From IMG/VR virus record IMGVR_UViG_3300027987_000212, positions 32,001-96,000 of that record: DNA of 64,000 bases; one strand, written 5' to 3'. Below the pieces are notes generated by a model. The model searched no databases, was not told the origin of the DNA, and saw only the letters and a program-made list of their open reading frames with translations. The stretch is from a virus. Positions 1 to 9,026 of this stretch are shown here, piece after piece (within the stretch, counting starts at the first letter, position 1; each line of letters starts with the position of its first letter). The position numbers were made by a program, and so were the translations under genes.

Positions 1-334
1 CCTTAGTGAGAAGTTCCGGCGCCTGAACGTCGTACCAATCGCAGCCCACGAGGAGGTTAGCCGCAGCTAGCTTCTGTACTTCGAGCGGTAGTCGGTGACC
101 TGTGCGCAAGAAGTAAGCAACGCTCAGCTTCGTCTCATCCTCCGTCGCCATTGCGAACTTCCGCATCTGCGACTTTCCGGTGTCCACCAGCGCAAACAAG
201 TCATCCGGTAAATAGCTGCGCTCCTCCGACGATAAGAGCGTTGCGTGCTTGACTAGCCCTTCCTCTGGAGTGCCCGTCAACAGCGCCCCTCCATCATCGT
301 AGTAGTCCAGAATCAATCCACTGAGCTTGTCCAT
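1..334 (-). CDS. Partial ORF (runs off left edge), probable virion/internal protein with DUF6582-like motif
   Basis: Not in ORF track. ATG at 334 with GGAGGAG SD, open to position 1: MDKLSGLILDYYDDGG...LVKHATLLSSEERSYLPDDLFALV...RKFAMATEDETKLSVAYF. Family resemblance by eye. Confidence 0.7.
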   Translation of the reverse strand, partial: MDKLSGLILDYYDDGGALLTGTPEEGLVKHATLLSSEERSYLPDDLFALVDTGKSQMRKFAMATEDETKLSVAYFLRTGHRLPLEVQKLAAANLLVGCDWYDVQAPELLTK

Positions 335-403
335 GTGGTCTCCTCCGTAAGCGTACCTCACCCGCCCCCAGACAGGAAGTGTCCGGTATTCGCAGAACAG
401 AAC

Positions 404-411
404 GGAGATAA
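404..411 (+). promoter_or_regulatory. Class A promoter-like motif GGAGATAA
   Basis: One of 10 GRGATAA copies oriented toward a nearby start codon; here 38 nt before ATG 450, with a separate SD (AGGAGG). Confidence 0.55.
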
Positions 412-449
412 GAATGTGGGTAGAAACGACTGCTAGGAGGTAGCACAGT

Positions 450-1118
450 ATGACCACACCCGAGTCCTGGTCTTGTTACGGCAAAGACTGGGATGGTTCG
501 AGCTCAGAGTGCGCGGGAGGGCTAGACCCCGTGTACAAACATCCCAATGGAACACAGCGACGTACTCGTTGTGCAGCTTTCGATAATTGCCGAGCCGCAA
601 CGGAGCGCCAGAGAGTGCAACAACCACAAGTCCGAGCCCCCTACTTTCACCAACCCACGAACGTAGTTCCTTCCACAAACCTAGTGCGGCCCCAACACTC
701 CGCCCCTCCAGTACCTCCGCCGCACCCGTTCCAACCAACGTTTACCCACTACCAAACACAATTCCAGCCTCCGCCAGTGATGCCCCCCATGATGCCCCCA
801 ACCATGATGGCCCAACCGGGCAACCATGCAACCTGGGTACCGCCCCACGTAGCGCAATTTGGCCCTACGTATGTTCCGGCACAACAGCAGCAGTTTGGTG
901 CGCAGATGCCGCACTACCTAACCGTGCCCGAACCAGTAGACGGAAGACCGTGGTATATACGACTGATTGCAGAGATAACACGTTCGATGCTCAAAGCAGC
1001 AGGCCACTCAACAGCGTCATTCTTTGACCACAATCCAATGAGGCACCATACCACTCCGCCACAGACAGCTGCGCAACAGCCCATTAGTCTGGCACAGACG
1101 GTAAACCCACAGAAGTAG
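450..1118 (+). CDS. Cys-motif N-terminal domain plus Pro/Gln-rich low-complexity protein
   Basis: AGGAGG SD; four Cys in first 50 aa (SCYG..ECAG..RCAAFDNC); P/Q/H-rich middle; helical C-terminal segment. Confidence 0.85.
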   Translation: MTTPESWSCYGKDWDGSSSECAGGLDPVYKHPNGTQRRTRCAAFDNCRAATERQRVQQPQVRAPYFHQPTNVVPSTNLVRPQHSAPPVPPPHPFQPTFTHYQTQFQPPPVMPPMMPPTMMAQPGNHATWVPPHVAQFGPTYVPAQQQQFGAQMPHYLTVPEPVDGRPWYIRLIAEITRSMLKAAGHSTASFFDHNPMRHHTTPPQTAAQQPISLAQTVNPQK

Positions 1119-1121
1119 GAA

Positions 1122-1146
1122 GGGCCCTTCGGGGCCCCCACTTTTT
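1122..1146 (+). terminator. GC hairpin with UUCG loop and short U-tract
   Basis: GGGCCC-TTCG-GGGCCC then CCACTTTTT, 6 nt before helicase ATG. Confidence 0.55.
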
Positions 1147-1152
1147 CATGCT

Positions 1153-2898
1153 ATGCGAATCGTAACCCGTAACCCACACTCCGCCTACCTCGACAACTGG
1201 CTCTGGTTACCGAAGTTCTTCGTCAATGTAGACGGTACCAAAAACGCACTGACCTTCGGATTCCCTGACGGCCGGTCAGAGAAGAAGATGCGCTTTGTTT
1301 ACCTATGGAAGGAGACACAGCACCACCTACTCGTCCCACGTCACTTCTGGGACCTAGGAAGCCTGCCCTTCCCCGTACTCGACTGCCGACCTGCGACTAC
1401 TCCTCGAGCCAACATCCGCAGCCGCATCAAGCTGGACCACCGCCCTGTAGACGTGCGCGGAGTCACGACACTGCAGCCAACTGGCAGCACCGTTCAACGT
1501 GACTCACTCGCGGCACTTGCTGCCTGCGCCAGCGGTATTCTGCAATTAGCTTGCGGCAAGGGCAAAAGTGTCGTCGCCCTAGAACGTATAGCTCAGTCTG
1601 GTGGACGTGGCTTAATCGTCGTCGACAATACCCAACTCGTCGAGCACTGGAAGCGAGAGATAGCTACCATGCTAGACGTCCCCACAGGCGTCGGAGAGCT
1701 CTACGGGGGCAAGGTCGATTGGGACAAGGACATCGTCATTGCGACGTACCAAACACTGGCTGCCTACATTCCTGAGGCCCCCGAGGAGTTTCGCCGGATG
1801 TGGGCCGTAGTGGTCTGGGACGAGGGCCACCACATTAGTGCCCCTACATTCGCACCCGGTGCCGAGTACTTCTTCTGCCAACGTATCGCACTCACCGCTA
1901 CTCCCAAGCGACAGGACGGTACTCATGTCATCTACAACATGCATATCGGCCCAGTGGTTTTCAAGGACCTGAAACAAGACCTGGTGGCCCGGGTAGCCTT
2001 CGACTGGACGGGGCTCTCCCCAGAAGAGACACGCCCCAACTGCGCAATCCGAGACAAGAGCGGAGAAATCCATCTCGGCATGCTCAGCGTGTACTTCGGC
2101 AAGTGGGTAGAGCACCTCAACCACGTACTTCGCCGAGTGTGGGAGGCGGTACAAGAAGGTCGCCGCATCCTTGTGCTGTGTGATGCAGTAGATGAAGCCG
2201 TTAACCTTTGTGCGCTGTGGAACCGCTACTCCTCCCTGTACACAGACGTACCAATCCCAACGCCCCAAGATGTCGGCGAGACCCTACAACCCATAGCCCT
2301 CGAGCCCAAGCAGCGTGAAGCACGAGAACAGGCCATACTTCATGGGCGCGCTGCCATCAGCGCAGGAAAGCTATCCAACGAACGCGCACAGCAATTAGCC
2401 CTAGAGCTATACCAGTACGAGCAAGAGCTCAAGCAATGTGACGTCCACGACAAAGTGCAGAAAGAGCTACGCCGCAGACAGCGGGAGTACTTGAAAGCCA
2501 TGCAGTCCCACGGCGGTACTGGCGGACTGATGATATACAAAGTCCCCCCTGAAAAACGCCAGAGTAACCTGGACACCAAGCAAGTTGTCTTCGCCATCAA
2601 GAAGTACGGCCGCGAAGGCTTGAACAATCGCCACCTGGATACCGTGATAACCACCATGCCCTTCTCCCAGGATGGCACGCTACAGCAGGTGCGCGGTCGA
2701 GTAGAGCGGTTTGCCTCTGGGAAGCGCGAGCCACTTCTGCTAGTCATCGAGCACAACGTCGGTCCCATCATTGGTATGTGTCAGAAGCTACGCAAGCACT
2801 TGCGCGAATGGCCAGTCGAAGAAGGCGGACCATTTACCTACGAACTCCACAATCATCCGAGGTCAGCATGCAACAAGAAGCTCTTTGGCTCATCCTAG
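1153..2898 (+). CDS. Superfamily II DNA helicase (UvsW/XPB-like)
   Basis: Motif I LACGKGKS, II DEGHH, III LTATP, VI QVRGRVER; helical insertion in domain 2. Confidence 0.9.
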   Translation: MRIVTRNPHSAYLDNWLWLPKFFVNVDGTKNALTFGFPDGRSEKKMRFVYLWKETQHHLLVPRHFWDLGSLPFPVLDCRPATTPRANIRSRIKLDHRPVDVRGVTTLQPTGSTVQRDSLAALAACASGILQLACGKGKSVVALERIAQSGGRGLIVVDNTQLVEHWKREIATMLDVPTGVGELYGGKVDWDKDIVIATYQTLAAYIPEAPEEFRRMWAVVVWDEGHHISAPTFAPGAEYFFCQRIALTATPKRQDGTHVIYNMHIGPVVFKDLKQDLVARVAFDWTGLSPEETRPNCAIRDKSGEIHLGMLSVYFGKWVEHLNHVLRRVWEAVQEGRRILVLCDAVDEAVNLCALWNRYSSLYTDVPIPTPQDVGETLQPIALEPKQREAREQAILHGRAAISAGKLSNERAQQLALELYQYEQELKQCDVHDKVQKELRRRQREYLKAMQSHGGTGGLMIYKVPPEKRQSNLDTKQVVFAIKKYGREGLNNRHLDTVITTMPFSQDGTLQQVRGRVERFASGKREPLLLVIEHNVGPIIGMCQKLRKHLREWPVEEGGPFTYELHNHPRSACNKKLFGSS

Positions 2899-3317
2899 CC
2901 ACCCCCAAAGGTAACCTCCTTGCCCAGGTAGCTTTCTTCGCCGGAGCAGACTCTGGCTACAAGGATGGGCCAGTAGCTAAGGCACAGTTGGTGGCTTACT
3001 TAGCCGAGACAATCGAGCGGCACACACCCGTGAAGTGCATGCCGTACTACATCTACATCGATGCATTGCAGCGTGTGCAGACACCAGATGGTCAGCGGGG
3101 CTACGCTCGAGAGCAAACTGTCCTGGCACCCGTACTGGAGCCAACTTGCCCGCTGTACACCACCGTGCTCGCGTTTCAGTTCGTCCAAGACCTCACCGCG
3201 GAAGAACAGCGCATCATCCGTGAAGGGATAAACCACGCAAATCAAGCAGCCCTAGAGCAGCGCTTGAGCAGCGTGGGTATCGTGACAGCTTCCCAGATTC
3301 CGCCCGGGCAGTCATGA
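2868..3317 (+). CDS. Hypothetical protein
   Basis: ATG 2868 with GAGG SD, inside track ORF 2778..3317; ATGA-coupled to the next gene. Confidence 0.7.
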   Translation: MQQEALWLILATPKGNLLAQVAFFAGADSGYKDGPVAKAQLVAYLAETIERHTPVKCMPYYIYIDALQRVQTPDGQRGYAREQTVLAPVLEPTCPLYTTVLAFQFVQDLTAEEQRIIREGINHANQAALEQRLSSVGIVTASQIPPGQS

Positions 3318-4150
3318 GAGACGCACGAAAGCCCTTACCGGTACTCTACGATGAATGGAGAGACTGTACTCGCTGCAGCCTCTCCGAACGACGAATCGAA
3401 GAGGGAGCGCCCGTGGTCTTCGGTGAAGGCGCTCCTCGAGGCATTCTCTTCGTTGGTGAAGGCCCTGGTCGAGAGGAAGAGAGAGCTGGGCGGCCCTTCG
3501 TCGGCAAGTCGGGGCACCTACTACGCGACGCGCTACGCCAGCTAGGCTTAGTCGACTTTTTCATCACCAATGCTGTTGCCTGTAGGAGCTGCGGACCTGC
3601 CTACAACGGTGAGGGGAAACTCGTACTACGCCCAGACTTCAGGACTGGCATCCCCACTCCAATCATCGTAGACAAGCCACCCACAGCCGAGCATGTCAAC
3701 GCGTGCCGACCACGGCTGCACGAGCTCATCTACCTGCTCGACCCTGTTCTCATCGTGTCCCTAGGAGCAGAGGCCACCCGGGCACTGACCAACAAGTCTG
3801 CCCCTATCACTGCCATACGCGGCGACATCATCACCATCGAAATCGAGGGGGCGTGGTCCGTCCCCCAATTCACTGAAAAAGGACGCTGGGCACGCGTAGT
3901 GCGGGGGAAGCTTACGCGCCCAACCCAGCCCAACAAAGTGCGGTACAGCCTCCTACCTGTACTGCACCCAGCTTACGTGCTTAGGTCGCTGCACGACAAA
4001 AAACAGGGTAACCCAGTACAGTTGTTTGCTCAAGACATGCAACGAGTGGCAACTCTGTACGACCGCTACATGCAGATGACTTTCAACGTATCACCAACCG
4101 AACGAGCAATGTTGTCTGACGACTTCATTCGCGAGCTAGGCGAAGAGTAA
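3314..4150 (+). CDS. udg: Uracil-DNA glycosylase, family 4 (Fe-S)
   Basis: CTRC, GEGPGREE, PFVGKSG, TNAVAC, LHPAY motifs. Confidence 0.92.
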   Translation: MRDARKPLPVLYDEWRDCTRCSLSERRIEEGAPVVFGEGAPRGILFVGEGPGREEERAGRPFVGKSGHLLRDALRQLGLVDFFITNAVACRSCGPAYNGEGKLVLRPDFRTGIPTPIIVDKPPTAEHVNACRPRLHELIYLLDPVLIVSLGAEATRALTNKSAPITAIRGDIITIEIEGAWSVPQFTEKGRWARVVRGKLTRPTQPNKVRYSLLPVLHPAYVLRSLHDKKQGNPVQLFAQDMQRVATLYDRYMQMTFNVSPTERAMLSDDFIRELGEE

Positions 4151-4169
4151 CCACAAGGAGCAGCCAAAA

Positions 4170-4595
4170 ATGGGACTGAAACGAGTACCACCAGATGACA
4201 TCCCCGAAGTCAGAGACTTCATGGAAGCAGACGAAGTCCTCCAACAATTCATGCGCAACAGACCTGAGGTGTTCGACACGATGCGCACACTGCTCGAGGA
4301 GCGCAACAGCAAGCTACAAGCTGCCGACAAGGTAATACGTGCACGTGGCGTCGTCTCGGGGCCATGGAAGGTGCACAGCACAAAAGTCGTCGTCGATGGC
4401 GCGGCCATGTTCGAAGCACTGGGAGAGGCAGGATTCCTCGCTGCAGGAGGCACCTTCACTACAGTTACGCAGTACACGGTGGACAAGGCAGCCCTGGACC
4501 TTGCCATCGCTGGCAATAAGGTCCCCGCGGAAAAAGTGGACACGTTCCGTACAGTCTCGGTCAGCGTCTCCTCCCCCAAAGAAATCAAGCTGTAG
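4170..4595 (+). CDS. Hypothetical protein
   Basis: AAGGAG SD, coiled-coil N-half, operon context. Confidence 0.8.
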   Translation: MGLKRVPPDDIPEVRDFMEADEVLQQFMRNRPEVFDTMRTLLEERNSKLQAADKVIRARGVVSGPWKVHSTKVVVDGAAMFEALGEAGFLAAGGTFTTVTQYTVDKAALDLAIAGNKVPAEKVDTFRTVSVSVSSPKEIKL

Positions 4596-4903
4596 TGCCT
4601 ACGCGCGGGACGCCAAAAGCAGATGCCCTCGCATTGGCAGAACTAAGCGCCAACTTGCTGGGCTCCACCGTAGTGCTGCATGGCAAGGCAGCTCTCGTCA
4701 ATACCAAAACCGGCGACACGCACGGATGGACTACCGGCTCCGGAAGTACGTGGTCGAAGCAAACGCTCCAGCTCCTGCTAGAGCTCTGTGAATCCATGGA
4801 ACGAGACATCGCACGGCGTGACTTCGACAGTGTAGAGGGTCCCGGTGCGGAAGCAGCCCCCGAAGGTTTGGGCGAGCACCTATCCGACGCTCGCCAAGCA
4901 TAA
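4595..4903 (+). CDS. Hypothetical protein
   Basis: TAGTG overlap with upstream stop; acidic C-terminus. Confidence 0.75.
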   Translation: MPTRGTPKADALALAELSANLLGSTVVLHGKAALVNTKTGDTHGWTTGSGSTWSKQTLQLLLELCESMERDIARRDFDSVEGPGAEAAPEGLGEHLSDARQA

Positions 4904-4916
4904 CCACAAGCAGTTG

Positions 4917-4961
4917 GGCCCAGGTATCTCCCTTCCTACGAGGGATTGTGGTACCTGGGCC
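4917..4961 (+). other. Long imperfect stem-loop upstream of DnaB-like gene
   Basis: GGCCCAGGTA/TACCTGGGCC 10-bp outer stem plus TCCCT/AGGGA inner stem; no U-tract. Confidence 0.7.
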
Positions 4962-4965
4962 ACGC

Positions 4966-4993
4966 TTGACTCCGTCGGTATGTGGCGGACAAT
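4966..4993 (+). promoter_or_regulatory. Possible sigma70-like promoter
   Basis: TTGACT-16 nt-GACAAT, 25 nt before ATG 5019. Confidence 0.35.
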
Positions 4994-5018
4994 CACCAGC
5001 TCGCCCTGAAAGACGATA

Positions 5019-6518
5019 ATGGCATCACGTGAGGCACAGCTACTTTCTCGAATCATACGCACCGGCGACATCTACGGTGCCCTCGAATGGGGTATATCCT
5101 CGGCGGACTTCACCGCCGCAGAGAACCGAGCTATCTTCGAACATCTGGTAGCCTATCACCAGCAATACAAGGGGTCCGTAGTTGGTCCGGAAGCAGCCAA
5201 GAACATCTACCCATCCTTCCAGCTATGCGACGACCCCAGCATGGCTACTGCCGCGCTCTGTAGGGAGACCCGCAACCACCGGCTAGCCATCGAAGGCCAA
5301 ACACGCCTCAAAGACGTACAAGCCCTATTCGCCGCCGACCCGCTACGCGCAGTAGAGCTCCTGGGCACATTGTCGACAGACCTTTCGGCCTTAGCGGGCA
5401 GCAACAACACCGACATTCGAGCAGGCGACGCCTTCACCCAGATATGGAACAAGTACCAGCTGAAGAAGCAAGGGGTCAGCTTCTCCGTGTGCCCCTGGCC
5501 ATGGTTTCCGATAGAGCTTGAGACGAGCGGCATTCAGCCGCGAGACTACATCGTGTTCTACGGTAGACCCAAGAGCAAGAAGTCTTGGGTACTAGCGTAT
5601 CTCATTGCGTGGTGCTACAACAAGCGACGCCGGGCAGTCATCTACACCAAGGAGATGGGTGCAGACGACATCTTCTCGCGAATCCTTGCTTGCTTAGCAC
5701 AAGTTGACGCCCGCGGGCTGCGGCTAGGCCACCTAGAGCCGTACGCAGAATGGTCAGTGTCCACCGCGATACGCATGATGCAGGCTGCCCATGAAGACGG
5801 CTACCTCATCTGCCTATCTGGTCAGGACTGCCGCGACGGGGAAGACACCGTGCCTTGGCTTGCCTCAAAGCTCGAGAAGTACAAACCTGACCTATGCTTC
5901 ATCGATGGCATGTACTTGATGAGTGACGTGCGCCGCGCAAAGAAGGACCACGAGAAGGTCCAAAACATCTCCCGGATGTTACGGCAGGTAACCCTCAACA
6001 CGAACATCCCAATCATCGCCACAGTACAAGCAAACCGCAAAGCTGCTGGGCACCAAGAAGCCAACCTCGACGAACTAGCCTTCTCCGACTCCATTGGCCA
6101 GGATGCCACGCACATCTTTCGTGTCATCAACGAGAAGAACACACCCACCATTGCCCTACTTACAGCAGGTGGTCGCGAGTTCAACCTGAGTGGCTGGCGC
6201 ATCTACGGCATTCCCGCTACCAACTTCGGGGTCTACGGGGATGGAACCATCACCGCCAAAGAGGCCGAGAAAGCGAAGGAGAACGACGTTGGAGATGGAG
6301 ACGACCCTGCCCACACTCAGCAGGTTCAAACTCAACACAGCCAGGCACGGCGAATGCAGCCGCAACCAGCGCCGCCCGCCCAGTTACCTCCCGGCGCAGC
6401 TGAGCAAATGGTCTCTCCAGCCTCCAGCAGCCAAATGCCTCCGCCACCAGAACCAAGGTACAACCCAACCAACTACGACATAAGCCGAGTCCTCCGGGGC
6501 TGGATGAATCCTCCGTGA
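5019..6518 (+). CDS. dnaB: DnaB-like (SF4) replicative helicase with Pro/Gln-rich C-terminal tail
   Basis: Walker A variant YGRPKSKKS, Walker B FIDGMYLM, TVQANR, FSDSIGQDA. Confidence 0.88.
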   Translation: MASREAQLLSRIIRTGDIYGALEWGISSADFTAAENRAIFEHLVAYHQQYKGSVVGPEAAKNIYPSFQLCDDPSMATAALCRETRNHRLAIEGQTRLKDVQALFAADPLRAVELLGTLSTDLSALAGSNNTDIRAGDAFTQIWNKYQLKKQGVSFSVCPWPWFPIELETSGIQPRDYIVFYGRPKSKKSWVLAYLIAWCYNKRRRAVIYTKEMGADDIFSRILACLAQVDARGLRLGHLEPYAEWSVSTAIRMMQAAHEDGYLICLSGQDCRDGEDTVPWLASKLEKYKPDLCFIDGMYLMSDVRRAKKDHEKVQNISRMLRQVTLNTNIPIIATVQANRKAAGHQEANLDELAFSDSIGQDATHIFRVINEKNTPTIALLTAGGREFNLSGWRIYGIPATNFGVYGDGTITAKEAEKAKENDVGDGDDPAHTQQVQTQHSQARRMQPQPAPPAQLPPGAAEQMVSPASSSQMPPPPEPRYNPTNYDISRVLRGWMNPP

Positions 6519-7498
6519 GCAACGAGATATTCGCGATTGCCCAACAGTACCTACAGAAGGTATCGACAGCAGGGGCGCACAACCTCAAAGCCATCTGCCC
6601 GTTCCACGTGAACGCGAGAGGCACCGTTGAGCGCAACCCCTCCTTCTACATGTCTACGGACACGGGGTTGTTCTTCTGCCATTCGTGCGGCACCAAAGGC
6701 AACCTACGCTCCTTCTTGAGCATGATGGGAGTAAGTCCCGTCCTGCTCGACTCGATGTACAAAGGTGCTCTCGAGTCCGTAGCGCGCAACGTAGCACCCC
6801 CACCGGACCCTCTTCGCCCAAAGGTCTTCTCGGCCTTCCCCATCGAAGAGAAGCTGCTCGGCTTGTTTCAGTACGCGCCAACCGACTTACTGCGTGCAGG
6901 ATTCGCAGAACAGACCCTGCAACACTTTGAGGTAGGCTTCGACGTCTCGCACAATCGCATCACCTTTCCGATACGCGACCTGATGGGGCAGCTCGTAGCC
7001 ATCAGCGGTCGAGCAGTCCTCAGCTACCAAGAACCTCGCTACAAAATCTACGATAAGGAGTACGAGACCTGGCAGCTACCCATACGTGATAGCTGGGAAA
7101 AGAGCACCGTCCTGTACAACGCCAACCGGGTATACCCGGAAGTCTACTTCAACGTCAGCCCCCCTCCCGTGGTAGTAGTTGAAGGATTCAAGGCCTGTAT
7201 GTGGGTCTGGCAAGCTGGTTTCCGGAACGTAGTCGCCACACTAGGCACATACCTGTCCTGGGAACAGAAATGGATACTTGAACGTCTCGGCGCGCCCGTG
7301 TACTTGTTCTTGGACAACAACCGAGCTGGACGGAGAGGAGCGTACACAGCAGGCAACCAACTGTGCAAGAGCCTTCACACAAGCTTAGTCCGCTACCCAG
7401 AGCGACTTCGTGATGACGACGGAGCACAACCAGATTCCTGCACTATCGAAGAGGTCCAAGAGCAGCTCGCCAACCCGCTGCCATGGTACTTAGTCTAG
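6515..7498 (+). CDS. dnaG: DnaG-like primase (CHC2 zinc finger plus Toprim), acidic motifs degenerate
   Basis: CPFH...NPSF...FFCHSC; RITFPI; VVVEGF; LFLDNNRAG. Confidence 0.88.
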   Translation: MSNEIFAIAQQYLQKVSTAGAHNLKAICPFHVNARGTVERNPSFYMSTDTGLFFCHSCGTKGNLRSFLSMMGVSPVLLDSMYKGALESVARNVAPPPDPLRPKVFSAFPIEEKLLGLFQYAPTDLLRAGFAEQTLQHFEVGFDVSHNRITFPIRDLMGQLVAISGRAVLSYQEPRYKIYDKEYETWQLPIRDSWEKSTVLYNANRVYPEVYFNVSPPPVVVVEGFKACMWVWQAGFRNVVATLGTYLSWEQKWILERLGAPVYLFLDNNRAGRRGAYTAGNQLCKSLHTSLVRYPERLRDDDGAQPDSCTIEEVQEQLANPLPWYLV

Positions 7499-7510
7499 AG
7501 ACGGTTGGCA

Positions 7511-7571
7511 GGCCTCGTTGCCAAGAGAGACCCCGGCCATTGTTGCCAAGAGAGACCGGCCCTTGTTGCCA
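7511..7571 (+). repeat. Intergenic tandem repeat, about 2.5 units of 23-25 bp
   Basis: GTTGCCAAGAGAGACC at 7517 and 7542, GTTGCCA at 7565, each preceded by GGCC; also TTGGCA(7505)...TGCCAA(7519) dyad. Confidence 0.85.
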
Positions 7572-7585
7572 GAAAGTGAACGGAC

Positions 7586-8992
7586 ATGAGTTTCGGTAAA
7601 GACCCTAATCAGCTAGCCACTATTGGCGGTTACGGCGCCAGCATGACCCAACAGATGGGAAATGCCACCCGCAAGCAGCCATCCAGCAGGAACGGCGCCC
7701 CCTTCTGGGCGAACACGTTCAAGCCAAGTACCGGCACGCCCGACGAGATTCGGGTAATCCCCGGTAGTTATACCATCCAGCGTGTCAACGAGGGGGTGGT
7801 CTACGAAGAGCAACTACCTTGGTTCGAGTGCACCGAACACTACCACGGCGGACTGAGCCGCAGTGTCCTTTGTAGTGCCGGCGTACATCGTATGGACCGC
7901 AACAAACGCGAACCCTGTTGCGGATGTGAGATGTACTGGGAAGACTACATGATTCGAAAGGAGCGAGAGAAGGAGACAGGCAACAAGGTAACCAAGCCAA
8001 ATCGCGTATCGATGCGTAGCCTCTACGTGTTCAACGTCCTTGACTTGGGCTACTTCTTCAAAGCACCCCAGCGCGACGAGAACGGCCACCTCAAGCTGAA
8101 CCCGCAAGACGGCAAACCCTACATGGTCTGGACCAAGTATGTAGGGCAGCATCAAGCAGCCGAAGCTAATGCGCAAGGTGCTGAGGGCCACTGGGGTCAC
8201 GTCATGAGTTGGCCACTGGGGCGCGACCACTTCAACATGCTGAGCAGCTACAGCGACCTCATCAGCAAGAACTGCCTATCCTGCGGCGGACACTCCACCA
8301 TCGTCACGCGCCACTGGTCATGCAACAACTGCCACGCGGTGCTGCTGGACCCTTGGACGGCCAACATGCCTCCAGAGAAGGTTCAAGAGTTCACTCAACA
8401 GCCGGTAAGGTGCGGCACCTGCGGTACTACGGCTTACCCGCACGAAGAGCATCATTGCTCGAATTGCCAGTACCCGCGACCCGCCACCATCTTCGACGTG
8501 AACCTGCACGTGAAAAGGCAGAAGGACCCGTCCACCCAACGTGTGCAGCTCATCATCCCCCAGTTCTCCAACCCACAGGGGCTCCCACCTCACTTCGCCG
8601 ATGCCCTGCAGAAGTTACCAGACCTCGCAAAGCGTTACGCCCCCACACCCTACAACGAGCAGCTCACCCTGTTCCAGCAAGCCTCAGCGCATGACCAAGC
8701 ACAGGCAGGGCAGACTCCCACGCACCAAGCATACGGAGCAGGGATGGCCCCTCCAGGTGGCTATGGCGCCCCTCCACCGGCGCAGGGAAGCCCTGGGGAA
8801 GCTCCAAGCTACCAGCAACCTGGTCCGTTCACGCCGCCAGGGCAATTCGCCGCTCCGGGGCAGTACCAAGCCCCCGCGCAACAACCGTACCAGAACTACG
8901 GACAGCCGACAGCGGCACAACCAGTAGCCACCGGGCACCAGGCAACGGTGGGTACGCCACAAGGTTGGGGAAACGGTAACTACGGGCAGTGA
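7586..8992 (+). CDS. Probable T4 gp32-like ssDNA-binding protein with Zn-ribbon insertion and Q/P/G/Y tail
   Basis: Lies between primase and PolA; TFKP...EIRVIPG and YVFNVLDL resemble gp32-type OB folds; several CxxC pairs; low-complexity tail. Confidence 0.6.
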   Translation: MSFGKDPNQLATIGGYGASMTQQMGNATRKQPSSRNGAPFWANTFKPSTGTPDEIRVIPGSYTIQRVNEGVVYEEQLPWFECTEHYHGGLSRSVLCSAGVHRMDRNKREPCCGCEMYWEDYMIRKEREKETGNKVTKPNRVSMRSLYVFNVLDLGYFFKAPQRDENGHLKLNPQDGKPYMVWTKYVGQHQAAEANAQGAEGHWGHVMSWPLGRDHFNMLSSYSDLISKNCLSCGGHSTIVTRHWSCNNCHAVLLDPWTANMPPEKVQEFTQQPVRCGTCGTTAYPHEEHHCSNCQYPRPATIFDVNLHVKRQKDPSTQRVQLIIPQFSNPQGLPPHFADALQKLPDLAKRYAPTPYNEQLTLFQQASAHDQAQAGQTPTHQAYGAGMAPPGGYGAPPPAQGSPGEAPSYQQPGPFTPPGQFAAPGQYQAPAQQPYQNYGQPTAAQPVATGHQATVGTPQGWGNGNYGQ

Positions 8993-8998
8993 AAGGAT

Positions 8999-9026
8999 GA
9001 ACGGGCCTGCGGAAGCGGGCCCGTTC
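8999..9026 (+). other. 12-bp stem-loop with GGAA tetraloop immediately before polA
   Basis: GAACGGGCCTGC-GGAA-GCGGGCCCGTTC (one G-U); ends 10 nt before ATG 9037; no U-tract. Confidence 0.75.

Noticed and set aside
8968-8979. A second in-frame G GGA AAC heptamer near the SSB C-terminus
   Set aside because: The -1 frame hits TAA one codon later, the nearest hairpin is 24 nt away, and the site is explained by the coded W-G-N; negligible consequence
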